Assembly: GCA_031372705.1 (NCBI GenBank)
Contig: JANMLV010000284.1
Location: 1 to 62,613, forward strand
Length of the DNA: 62,613 bases
From: Bacteroidota bacterium
Lineage (GTDB): Bacteria; Bacteroidota; Bacteroidia; Chitinophagales; BACL12
Reading direction: 5' to 3'
The position numbers and the translations under genes are program-made. Below are positions 39,770 through 49,003 of this stretch, piece by piece. Each line of letters opens with the position of its first letter. The first letter of the stretch is position 1. Under the pieces are notes generated by a model, which saw only the letters and a program-made list of their open reading frames with translations, was not told the origin of the DNA and did no database searches.

Positions 39770-40429
39770 ATGCAAATTGTAAAGCAATTAGCCCAATGGT
39801 TTATTCAACCTTTAATTAATAAGCGAATTCATCGCTCAGATGTTTATGAATATAATGGTGTTAGCTTGCACATACCATCAGGTGTTTTTCATCCAAAATA
39901 TTTTTTTAGTACTAAGTATCTGCTTCAAACAATTTTGTCATTGCCAATACAAAACAAGCGTTTACTTGAGCTAGGTGCCGGTAGTGGTTTAATTAGTTTA
40001 AGTGCAGCAAAAGCTGGTGCTATGGTTACAGCATCTGATATCAGTGCGACTGCAATTGCGGCGTTACATATTAATGCAGTTGCTAACGGTGTATCTATTG
40101 AAATAATTAAAAGCGATTTATTTGAAGCTATTCCTTTACACAATTTTGATTTTATTGTAATTAATCCGCCTTATTACCCCAAAAATCCCCGAAATGAGTT
40201 TGAGCTAGCCTGGTATTGTGGAGAAGGATTTGAATATTATCATCGATTGTTTCCACAGTTAAAAATTAGAAATTCTGTAAATTCGCTTGTATTAATGATT
40301 TTGGCTGATGGCTGTGATATTGAAATGATAAAATCTATTGGAAAGCAAAATGGAATGTTAATGGAGTTGTATGCGCAAAAGAAAGTTTGGTGGGAACAAC
40401 AATATATTTTTAGCATTATTAAAACGTAA
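39770..40429 (+). CDS. HemK-like/small methyltransferase with an NPPY motif
   Basis: LELGAGSG, SDIS, SDLF and INPPYY motifs. Confidence 0.88.
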   Translation: MQIVKQLAQWFIQPLINKRIHRSDVYEYNGVSLHIPSGVFHPKYFFSTKYLLQTILSLPIQNKRLLELGAGSGLISLSAAKAGAMVTASDISATAIAALHINAVANGVSIEIIKSDLFEAIPLHNFDFIVINPPYYPKNPRNEFELAWYCGEGFEYYHRLFPQLKIRNSVNSLVLMILADGCDIEMIKSIGKQNGMLMELYAQKKVWWEQQYIFSIIKT

Positions 40430-40486
40430 TTTTAACACTTAATTATTTGCATAAAGTTTAAATGTTTATCTTCGTTAGAATTATCT

Positions 40487-41437
40487 ATGGAAGTTTCGCA
40501 TCGCAAATATAATGTCTATGCATCAATTAGTCCTGCTGCTTCTGCAGTTGTAAAGGCATTGGTGTATTTTGATATCTTTAAATATCCGCTCACGCTTCCT
40601 GAAATTCAAAAATATGCTGCCTTTACTTTCCATCACTTAAGTGAGCTTGAGGAAGCCCTCCGAGAATTGCAAGAGCGATTAGTTGTTTACCGTTTTGCTG
40701 AATTTTATTCCTTGCAAAATGATTATAGTTTAATAACACGGCGACAAGCAGGCAATATGCAAGCTTTGCAAGTAATGGAGATTGCGTTTAATAAATCAAA
40801 GTTTATTCATAAATTTCCATTTGTAAGAAGTGTAAATATTTCAGGTTCATTATCGAAGAATTATTTTGATGCTTCAACCGACATTGATTTTTTTATTATA
40901 GCCAAGGCCGGCAGAATTTGGTTATGCAGATTGTTGCTAACCATTTATAAGAAAGTATTTTTATTGAATTCGCGCAAATATTTCTGCATTAATTATTATG
41001 TTGATGTAAATAATATGGAAATACCCGACAAAAATTTATTTTCCGCTACTGAAATTGTAACGTTAAATAATCAAACCGGTGCTTTTTATTACGAGCAATT
41101 TATTGCAGATAACAGCTGGGTGCAAACCTATTTTCCAAATTTCAGACCGACAAATTCCAATTCCAATAGTGAAACAGTGGCAGGTAAAAAGCAGTTATTG
41201 GAAAAGATTTTATCGGGAAAACCGGGTGATTGGCTTGAGTCTTTGGCTTTCAGGCTTACCCGTTATTTTATTGCGCGCAAGTACAAACAAATTGAAAAAG
41301 ATAAGTTTGAAGTAAACCTGCGAACCAATAGAACAGCATCGAAACATCATCCCCAGGGGTTTCAATTTAAAGTTTTGAATGCTTTTGATAACACCTGTGC
41401 TGAAATTGAAAGCAAACATAATATAACTTTGCAGTAA
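40487..41437 (+). CDS. Nucleotidyltransferase-like protein with an N-terminal helical/HTH-like domain
   Basis: ISGSLSK..DASTDIDFFII (GS..DxD of the pol-beta superfamily); N-terminal YFDIFKYPLT.PEI. Confidence 0.7.
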   Translation: MEVSHRKYNVYASISPAASAVVKALVYFDIFKYPLTLPEIQKYAAFTFHHLSELEEALRELQERLVVYRFAEFYSLQNDYSLITRRQAGNMQALQVMEIAFNKSKFIHKFPFVRSVNISGSLSKNYFDASTDIDFFIIAKAGRIWLCRLLLTIYKKVFLLNSRKYFCINYYVDVNNMEIPDKNLFSATEIVTLNNQTGAFYYEQFIADNSWVQTYFPNFRPTNSNSNSETVAGKKQLLEKILSGKPGDWLESLAFRLTRYFIARKYKQIEKDKFEVNLRTNRTASKHHPQGFQFKVLNAFDNTCAEIESKHNITLQ

Positions 41438-42894
41438 TGTCTGAAGTGCTCATCTGTAATACTTATTTTCTTGCTTTTGATCCCAAGCAGGAGGCGTTAA
41501 TGCAGCCATATCCACCGCTGGCTACATTGTATGCAGCGGCAGTATTAGAACGAGCACAATATAAAATTTCTTTTTTTGATACTGTTTTTGCAAGTGGTTG
41601 CGAATTAATTTTTCCGCTTATAGACCAACATGCGGGAAAAATATTTGTTATTTATGACGACGGATTTAACTATTTAACTAAAATGTGTTTGGTGAATATG
41701 CGGAATGCATGTTTTGAGATGGTTAAGTATGCTAAATCGAAAAATTGCACTGTTATTGTTTCCAGCAGTGATGCAACTGATCATAAAGAAGATTATTTAA
41801 ATGTTGGTGCCGATTACATTTTAATTGGTGAGGCAGAAAATACGTTATGCGAGGTTGTTGATGCAGTAACGCAGCATAAACTTGATTTAATTCCTTCTAT
41901 AAAAGGAATTGCTTTTAAGGCAGACGGCGCAATTTCTAAAACCTTGCCGCGTGAAGTAATGCATGATTTGGACAGCTTACCGTTTCCCGCTTGGCAGCAC
42001 ATAAATATTGAAGATTATAAAAAACGTTGGATTGCAAGAAACGGATATTTTTCGTTGAACATGACAACTACCAGAGGTTGCCCGTTTAAATGTAATTGGT
42101 GCGCTAAGCCAATTTATGGCAATCGATATAATTCACGTTCACCGGAAAATGTGATTGAAGAAATACGCATGTTAACGCAGACTTTCGGCGTGCAGCATTT
42201 TTGGTTTTGTGACGATATTTTTGGATTAAAGCCGGGATGGATAAAACAGTTCAGTGAATTAGTACAACAAGCACAATTGCAATTCAAATTTAAAATTCAA
42301 TGTCGTGCCGATTTAGTACTTGATGCTAATAATATTGACTACCTGGCTAAAGCAGGTTGCGACGAAATATGGATTGGTGCAGAGAGTGGTTCACAAAAAG
42401 TACTTGATGCAATGGACAAAGGAACTAGCATTGAGCAAATATATCAATCAACAAAACTCATGAAACAGTATGGTATTAAACCATGCTTTTTTCTCCAATT
42501 CGGTTATTTAGGTGAAACAAAATCAGATATTGACCTCACTATAAAAATGCTGTTAGATTTAATGCCATTTGATATTGGAATTTCTGTTTCTTATCCATTG
42601 CCGGGAACAAAATTTTATGAAATGGTAAAAAATGATTTACACGAAAAGCAAAATTGGAACGATAGTGATGAATTATTAATGATGTATAAAAGCACTTTCT
42701 CTGCAGCGTATTACAAACAATTACACCGCTATGTACATCGCAAATATAGATTAGCACAAGGCAAACAGAATTTGAAAAAAATTGTAAACGGAAATTTGCA
42801 TCTCTCCAAAAAAGAAATAAGACGCATTATAACAATGCCCTATTTTACCTTAAGCGGCTGGTGGAGTAAAAAACAGTTAGCGAAATTACAATGA
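41437..42894 (+). CDS. Cobalamin-binding radical SAM protein (3 of 3)
   Basis: PYPPLATLY, DYILIGEAE, RGCPFKCNWC and WIGAESGSQ; TAATG overlap. Confidence 0.92.
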   Translation: MSEVLICNTYFLAFDPKQEALMQPYPPLATLYAAAVLERAQYKISFFDTVFASGCELIFPLIDQHAGKIFVIYDDGFNYLTKMCLVNMRNACFEMVKYAKSKNCTVIVSSSDATDHKEDYLNVGADYILIGEAENTLCEVVDAVTQHKLDLIPSIKGIAFKADGAISKTLPREVMHDLDSLPFPAWQHINIEDYKKRWIARNGYFSLNMTTTRGCPFKCNWCAKPIYGNRYNSRSPENVIEEIRMLTQTFGVQHFWFCDDIFGLKPGWIKQFSELVQQAQLQFKFKIQCRADLVLDANNIDYLAKAGCDEIWIGAESGSQKVLDAMDKGTSIEQIYQSTKLMKQYGIKPCFFLQFGYLGETKSDIDLTIKMLLDLMPFDIGISVSYPLPGTKFYEMVKNDLHEKQNWNDSDELLMMYKSTFSAAYYKQLHRYVHRKYRLAQGKQNLKKIVNGNLHLSKKEIRRIITMPYFTLSGWWSKKQLAKLQ

Positions 42895-42911
42895 GTGGTA
42901 ACTTAACGTAA

Positions 42912-45743
42912 TTAGCGAATTAATGTTACGTTACCTGATTTAGACATTTTTTGTCCTGTATCATACTGCACTTCAATCATGTATGCATAAACACCATTGT
43001 TTGCTTTTTCGCCATTCACTGTGCCATCCCAACCTTTACTTAAATCGGTAGGGTCAACATTTTCTGCGATATAGAGGAGTTCACCCCAACGATCGTAAAC
43101 GCGCATTGAAACAATATTGGATATGTTCCAACCGAATGCATAAAATATATCATTAATATTATCTCCGTTAGGTGTAAATGTATTTGGAATAAATACATCG
43201 TTTGGCGGATCAGGCAATACAGTTACTAAAACGTTATCGGATGCTACACAACCATTTATATCGACAGAAGTCATGATATAATCAATAGTATAAGGTGGAA
43301 TTACATTTGTTTCAGGACAAGTAATACATTCAATTCCATCTTCAGGACTCCAGGTGTAATCGCCACCGGCATCACTGAATATTAATGCATCCTCACCATA
43401 ATAAACACTTGTATCGCCCCATGCGGTTGCATAATTATCATCGACAGATGTAACAACACTTATTGTATTAAAGCAACCGTAAATATCGGTATAATCATAA
43501 GTAAGTGTGTAAGGTCCGCCAACACCGGCAGTAGTTGTAACAAAGTCATCACCAAAAATTCCGGTGCCGCTATAAGTTCCTCCCGGAGGTGTTGCTTCCA
43601 TTGTAACAGCTCCTTGTTCCATGCAGAAAATATCATCAATTACCCAATCTAAAACAGGCAATGGATGCACAGTTAAATTCACTGTAATATTTGAATCACA
43701 ACCTAAACCTGTTGTATAAAAATAGTTGTTTGTTCCACTAACTGTAGTTAAAGCACCATCGGGCAATGTATAAGATTCACCAATACAAATTTCAGGATTA
43801 TATATAAAATTGTAAGTAGGATTAACTACTAAATTAGTGGTGATAATTGAATCGCAACCCTTAGATGTTACAAAGTTATTTACATAAACGCCGGGTGTAT
43901 TTGTAACAGTACCATCAGGTAAAGTGTAAGTTGCATCATCACAAATAATTGGATTAAACACAATATCATAAACAGGATGGAAAAACAACGTTGAATTAAT
44001 TGTTGAGTCACAACCTGCTGCTGTTACTAAAGTAACAGGATAAAAACCGGTAATTGTTACTACGGCACCATCGGGAAGTGTATATGATTCGCCATCGCAT
44101 AAATGTTCTGTAATGTTTAAAGTAATTACGGGATTAACTGTCAAGTTAACAGTATAATTTGAATCACATCCTGCTGCTGTGGTGAAATTATTTATATAAG
44201 TGCCTGTTGCAGTTACGCCTGTTCCATCAGGCAAAATATAAGTAGCGCCTAAGCAAATACTTGGATTAAGTGTATAATTATAAACCGGATTTACTACTAG
44301 GTTAGTAGTAATTATCGAATCGCATCCGGCATCTGTTAATAAATTAGAAACATAAGTGCCGGCAGTAAATACGTTACTCCCGTCGGGCAATACATACGTG
44401 TCGCCTAAGCAAATTGCAGCATTAACGGTAGGCGCATAGGTTGGATAAATTGTAATTGATGCAGAACTGGAAGCGCCGGGACAAACTAATCCTGCCGCAA
44501 CTGTATTTGTAACTGAGTATGTTCCGGGAGTAGATGCACTTAAGTCAACAACACCGGTTACGGGGTCAATAACTAATCCCGCAGGGGTTGAACTAAATGC
44601 TCCAAATGTTGCACCTAAAGTTGGAATAGGAGTTGGGTCTGCATCGTTTGCGCAATATGGTGAACCCGGATAAATGAAACTTGCAACACCCGGATCTTCA
44701 ATAATTACGGTCATTGTGTAAATGAAAGTATCTAAATCGCAAAACCCTGTAATTAAAGTATTTGTTAGCAGATAAGTTCCGGCATCGCAATTACTCAAGT
44801 CTAATTCACCGGTTCCCGGATCTAAATCAAGGCCGGTGGGTGTTGCTGTAAAAGTTCCGGCATCGGCACCTGTCGCTAAAATCGGATCAGGGTCAGGTTC
44901 TGAAGAACAAAAAACAGCATCGTCGCCAAATGCAAAACCCGGATAAGTAAAATCGGCAAGATAAGTTGTTACCAAGCTTTTTGCTTTTAGGAAAACGCCT
45001 GAGTCAAAAACAAAATCAGATTCATCGCCGATGGCTAATTTTAAATGGTACCAAGTGCAAGGTGAAACTGCTGCTGCGGCAGTTAAAACTGTGGTGAAAC
45101 CATCATATTCAATATAATATGGGTCAACGCCATAAATAGGACCACCACCGGCGCCATTAACGATATAGAACATCGGATAATCGACGTTATTTACGTTATC
45201 GATAGTTACAGGCAGTGCAGTCCCAGGAATTAATGCAATATTTGTAGGAGTTGCAAAACCGGGTCCGCTAATCCAAAACACAAAGGCATCGTTTATACCG
45301 CCTACATATTCAAGATATTCTTCTGACCCGAAAACATACTGAAATTGAAGACTATCGCCCGGTGAATAAACATCAAATTCTAACACACAGGCGTCATGCG
45401 TAACGCCGATTCCGGGATATGCATCTAAGTCGGGGTCACCCGGCCAGCCATTACTTGTTCCTGTTCCGCCGGCGTTATTTGGTCCGGCAATATTTGAAAC
45501 GCGACCGGTAGTTAATACAACACCTGAATCAATTCCAACATTACAATCAACACAATCAAAAAGGCCAAAAGCTAAGTTGTGGCAATCAACAACTGCATTG
45601 TCAATATCTACGCCATCTCCGGCAAGGTAAGCTGCAACATCATCAGCAGTATATCCGGTGGTCCATGTAATTTGAGCCTTAGCCGAAAAACTTGTACATA
45701 GCCACAAAATAGTGGTTAAAAAAGCAATACTAAACTGTCGCAT
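42912..45743 (-). CDS. T9SS type B secreted protein with a choice-of-anchor L-like head and five LPDG..GCDS repeats
   Basis: Head contains VLEFD..FQYVFGSEEY..NDAFVFWISGPG..NIALIP..YDGFT..HLKLAIGD; C-terminal IPNTFTPNGDNIND..DRWG..GNVTLIR; start placed at MRQF. Confidence 0.88.
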   Translation of the reverse strand: MRQFSIAFLTTILWLCTSFSAKAQITWTTGYTADDVAAYLAGDGVDIDNAVVDCHNLAFGLFDCVDCNVGIDSGVVLTTGRVSNIAGPNNAGGTGTSNGWPGDPDLDAYPGIGVTHDACVLEFDVYSPGDSLQFQYVFGSEEYLEYVGGINDAFVFWISGPGFATPTNIALIPGTALPVTIDNVNNVDYPMFYIVNGAGGGPIYGVDPYYIEYDGFTTVLTAAAAVSPCTWYHLKLAIGDESDFVFDSGVFLKAKSLVTTYLADFTYPGFAFGDDAVFCSSEPDPDPILATGADAGTFTATPTGLDLDPGTGELDLSNCDAGTYLLTNTLITGFCDLDTFIYTMTVIIEDPGVASFIYPGSPYCANDADPTPIPTLGATFGAFSSTPAGLVIDPVTGVVDLSASTPGTYSVTNTVAAGLVCPGASSSASITIYPTYAPTVNAAICLGDTYVLPDGSNVFTAGTYVSNLLTDAGCDSIITTNLVVNPVYNYTLNPSICLGATYILPDGTGVTATGTYINNFTTAAGCDSNYTVNLTVNPVITLNITEHLCDGESYTLPDGAVVTITGFYPVTLVTAAGCDSTINSTLFFHPVYDIVFNPIICDDATYTLPDGTVTNTPGVYVNNFVTSKGCDSIITTNLVVNPTYNFIYNPEICIGESYTLPDGALTTVSGTNNYFYTTGLGCDSNITVNLTVHPLPVLDWVIDDIFCMEQGAVTMEATPPGGTYSGTGIFGDDFVTTTAGVGGPYTLTYDYTDIYGCFNTISVVTSVDDNYATAWGDTSVYYGEDALIFSDAGGDYTWSPEDGIECITCPETNVIPPYTIDYIMTSVDINGCVASDNVLVTVLPDPPNDVFIPNTFTPNGDNINDIFYAFGWNISNIVSMRVYDRWGELLYIAENVDPTDLSKGWDGTVNGEKANNGVYAYMIEVQYDTGQKMSKSGNVTLIR

Positions 45744-45918
45744 ACCAAGGTGGTGCATTTTTGGTGTTTGTTGATGTCGCAAAATGAGGTATAAATTTAC
45801 GGCTTATTCATAAATTTTCAAATTTTGTGACATGCCTCAAAACATACCTATCAGCTATGGAACAGCATTTTGTATTTCAGTAGCTATTTTTACATCCTGT
45901 TCAACAAAAAATATAGCT

Positions 45919-46302
45919 ATGAAAAGTGTTATTTATACCCCTTCGGCACCGGCTCCAATAGGCCCTTATTCCCAAGCAATTGAGGCTGGCGGCTTTGTGT
46001 TTGTTTCCGGTCAAATTGCCATTGATCCTGTAACAGGAAACCTGTTTTCGGGAGATGATATTCAGGCTGAAACCCGCATGGTTATGGACAATTTGAAGGC
46101 AATAGTTACCCAAGCAGGCTGTAGTATGAACGATGTAGTTAAGTGCACTATTTTTTTAAAGGATATGGCTGCGTTCGCAGATGTTAATGCTGTTTACGGC
46201 GAATATTTTGCGGAATACCCTCCTGCGCGCGAAACGGTTGCAGTGGTCGGATTACCCAAAAATGTAAACGTTGAAATTAGTGCTGTATTAATTAAACGTT
46301 AA
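45919..46302 (+). CDS. ridA: RidA/YjgF-family reactive intermediate deaminase
   Basis: APAPIGPYSQA, VSGQI, PARETV and VEIS motifs. Confidence 0.92.
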   Translation: MKSVIYTPSAPAPIGPYSQAIEAGGFVFVSGQIAIDPVTGNLFSGDDIQAETRMVMDNLKAIVTQAGCSMNDVVKCTIFLKDMAAFADVNAVYGEYFAEYPPARETVAVVGLPKNVNVEISAVLIKR

Positions 46303-46320
46303 AATCAGTTTCCTTACTTT

Positions 46321-47220
46321 TTAGGTTTTTGTAACTTGGTTGGGTGCTTTTGGCTTGTAATTGATGATGTTTATACCGACCAAAATAAATAACATACCTG
46401 CAAAATGGTATATCAATAAATTTTCACCATCAAAAAAGCCAATGGCAATGGCAATTATTGGAATTAAATAGGTTACCAAACTTCCAAAAATAGGGTCGGT
46501 TCGTTGAATTAAAGTATAATAGCCGATTGATGCAACAACAGTTCCAAAAAAACTTAATGCAATAATACTGAACAAGCTGATTGAAAAATACTCATCAGCC
46601 GAGTGAGTTAAAAAATCGGTGGTAAATAAATATATTATAGATGGAATGCCAATAAATGAAAATCCAACTGCACCCATTGCAAGCGGATGCGCATTTTGTA
46701 AATATTTTTTTACCAAATTTGCTGATGTGGCATAGCTCATAGTTGCAGCAAATAATGGCAAAGCATAAAGTAAATTACTTTCGCCTCCGGGAGCTTTATC
46801 GAACGCCACTAAAATAATAGCACCTGTTAAAGCAACTATTAATCCGATTAATTTATTCTTCTCGAATTTCATTCCGAAAAGTAATACGCCCAGTACAAAT
46901 GTAAACACAGGTGTGAGCGAGTTTAAAACCCCTGTAATGCCTGATTCTATGTGTGTTTGAGCGAAAGTAAAGCAAAATGCAGGCAAGCCGCTACCGAAAA
47001 ATCCAACCATTAAATAATAGCGTATTTCCGATTTTTTTATTTGCCTGAAATAAAATATTATTAGCGGCAATGTTGCAATAAAAGAAAATGAAATGCGAAT
47101 TGCAGCAACTTGATCCCAGCTGAAAGTTTTTAATCCGTATTTCATAAAAATAAATGAAAATCCCCAGATTACACTAAGCCCAATTAACAGTAACCAATTG
47201 GCAGTGGAATATTTTTGCAT
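46321..47220 (-). CDS. DMT/EamA-family transporter
   Basis: IWGFSF, GVLNSLTP, ten TM helices and VTYLIP. Confidence 0.9.
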   Translation of the reverse strand: MQKYSTANWLLLIGLSVIWGFSFIFMKYGLKTFSWDQVAAIRISFSFIATLPLIIFYFRQIKKSEIRYYLMVGFFGSGLPAFCFTFAQTHIESGITGVLNSLTPVFTFVLGVLLFGMKFEKNKLIGLIVALTGAIILVAFDKAPGGESNLLYALPLFAATMSYATSANLVKKYLQNAHPLAMGAVGFSFIGIPSIIYLFTTDFLTHSADEYFSISLFSIIALSFFGTVVASIGYYTLIQRTDPIFGSLVTYLIPIIAIAIGFFDGENLLIYHFAGMLFILVGINIINYKPKAPNQVTKT

Positions 47221-47248
47221 AAAGAAATCTTATTGCCTGAATTTAATA

Positions 47249-48247
47249 CTAAGCCGGTTTATTTAATTCGGTCCAAATCATATCTTTTAATTTATCAAGA
47301 TTGTATTGGGTGTGCGAAGAAATAAATATAGTGGGAATTGTTTTTGGCAAATCTTTTTTTAGCATTTTTATCAACTCATCATCAATTAAATCAGTTTTGG
47401 TGATGGCCAATATGCGTTGCTTTGTCAACAAATCTTTATTGAATGTTTTGAGTTCATTCAGCAAGATTTTATAAGTTGTTTTTATATCCTTATCCTCGCA
47501 ACTAATCATAAATAGTAAAAGCGAGTTTCGTTCTATATGTTTGAGGAAGCGAATACCTAATCCTTTGCCATCGCTTGCGCCTTCAATTATTCCGGGAATA
47601 TCGGCCATAATAAATGACCTGTGGTTGCGGTAAGGCACAATGCCAAGGTTTGGAACCAGAGTAGTAAATGGATAATCGGCAATTTCGGGCTTTGCTGCTG
47701 AAATAACAGATAATAATGTTGATTTTCCTGCATTTGGAAATCCAACCAAGCCTACGTCTGCCAATACTTTTAACTCAAGTAGTTTCCATGCCTCAATTCC
47801 CGGTTCGCCGGGTTGAGCGTGTCGTGGTGTTTGGTTGGTAGGCGATTTGAAATGGTTATTTCCTAATCCTCCTCGGCCACCGGGCACCCAAATTATTTCT
47901 TGTCCGTCGTCAACAATTTCAAATTCAATTTCACCTGTTTCAAAATCTTTTGCAACAGTTCCAAGAGGCACATCTAAAATTACATCATCCCCTTGAGAAC
48001 CACTTCTTAAGCGCTCGGTACCATAGTTTCCATCATCTGCAATAATATGTTTCCTGTATTTTAGATGTAATAACGTCCATAATTGGGCATTCCCTCTCAA
48101 AATCACATGACCTCCACGTCCGCCATCACCACCATCGGGCCCGCCCTTCATGGTGTTTTTATCCCTGTGAAAGTGCACACTTCCTGCGCCACCCTTACCG
48201 CTTTTACAGTGGATTTTAACGTAGTCGACAAAATTCTGTTTTTCCAT
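47249..48247 (-). CDS. obgE: GTPase ObgE
   Basis: Gly-rich Obg domain, [18 protein letters not shown] and TKTD motifs. Confidence 0.97.
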   Translation of the reverse strand: MEKQNFVDYVKIHCKSGKGGAGSVHFHRDKNTMKGGPDGGDGGRGGHVILRGNAQLWTLLHLKYRKHIIADDGNYGTERLRSGSQGDDVILDVPLGTVAKDFETGEIEFEIVDDGQEIIWVPGGRGGLGNNHFKSPTNQTPRHAQPGEPGIEAWKLLELKVLADVGLVGFPNAGKSTLLSVISAAKPEIADYPFTTLVPNLGIVPYRNHRSFIMADIPGIIEGASDGKGLGIRFLKHIERNSLLLFMISCEDKDIKTTYKILLNELKTFNKDLLTKQRILAITKTDLIDDELIKMLKKDLPKTIPTIFISSHTQYNLDKLKDMIWTELNKPA

Positions 48248-48289
48248 AACCTAATACCCCGTTGAATTTCAGCGAAAATTGCTGAAAAA

Positions 48290-48889
48290 TTAGCCGTCGC
48301 TGTGTTTCGACGACATGGCGTTAACCGCTTCCATTAATCCACTAAATATGGTATCAATGGAGCCAACACCTGCTATTGAAATCAATAAATCCTGATTATT
48401 ATAGTAGTCGGCAACAGGTTCGGTTTTTGTCCGATATTCCTGCACCCTTTTTCTAATTGTTTCTACATCATTATCATCTGAGCGACCGCTAGTTAAGCCG
48501 CGTTTCAAAATGCGCTGTGTAAGTTCTTCTTCATCAACAACTAAGCTTAACACACAACTAACTGCAGTTCCTTTTGCTGATAGCATACTGTCCAAAGCTT
48601 TAGCCTGCGCCGTTGTTCGTGGAAAACCATCGAAAATAATTCCTTGCTTCCCTTTATTGCGCGCTTCTTCTACCGCTCCGCCTAACATGCCAATAACCAC
48701 CTCGTCAGGAACAAGGTTTCCGGCATCCATAAATTTTTTCGCCTCCAAGCCTAGTGCACTGCCGTTCGCAATTTCTGCCCTTAACAAGTCTCCTGTAGAG
48801 ATATGTAATAAGTTAAAATGTTCCTTTAATCGCTCTGCTTGTGTGCCTTTGCCGCTGCCCGGCGGGCCAAATAGTATTAAATTAATCAT
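48290..48889 (-). CDS. adk: Adenylate kinase (short LID)
   Basis: GPPGSGKGT, HISTGDLLR, LVPD, DGFPR and GRSDD motifs. Confidence 0.96.
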   Translation of the reverse strand: MINLILFGPPGSGKGTQAERLKEHFNLLHISTGDLLRAEIANGSALGLEAKKFMDAGNLVPDEVVIGMLGGAVEEARNKGKQGIIFDGFPRTTAQAKALDSMLSAKGTAVSCVLSLVVDEEELTQRILKRGLTSGRSDDNDVETIRKRVQEYRTKTEPVADYYNNQDLLISIAGVGSIDTIFSGLMEAVNAMSSKHSDG

Positions 48890-48910
48890 GAAAAAGCTTA
48901 ATTGAAGCTG

Positions 48911-48918
48911 CAAAGATA
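48911..48918 (-). promoter_or_regulatory. -7 promoter element of adk-obgE
   Basis: TATCTTTG on the minus strand, 21 nt upstream of the ATG. Confidence 0.6.
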
Positions 48919-49003
48919 GCGGTTTACGCGTTGAAATGTACCACGAAAACCTCGGAATATGCAGATTACGTAAGTAACAACAAATAAGGGTTACCTTTGA
49001 ACT

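Noticed and set aside
35007-42894. RiPP, hopanoid or bacteriochlorophyll (BchE) interpretation of the radical SAM operon
   Set aside because: The gaps (32 and 57 nt) leave no room for a precursor peptide, and no peptidase, cyclase or photosynthesis genes are in the window. Not excluded if such genes lie elsewhere.
48510-48905. 131-aa ORF antisense to adk, and similar shadow ORFs such as 51961-52389, 3620-3964 and 38993-39349
   Set aside because: They lie entirely opposite well-supported genes and carry no motifs.
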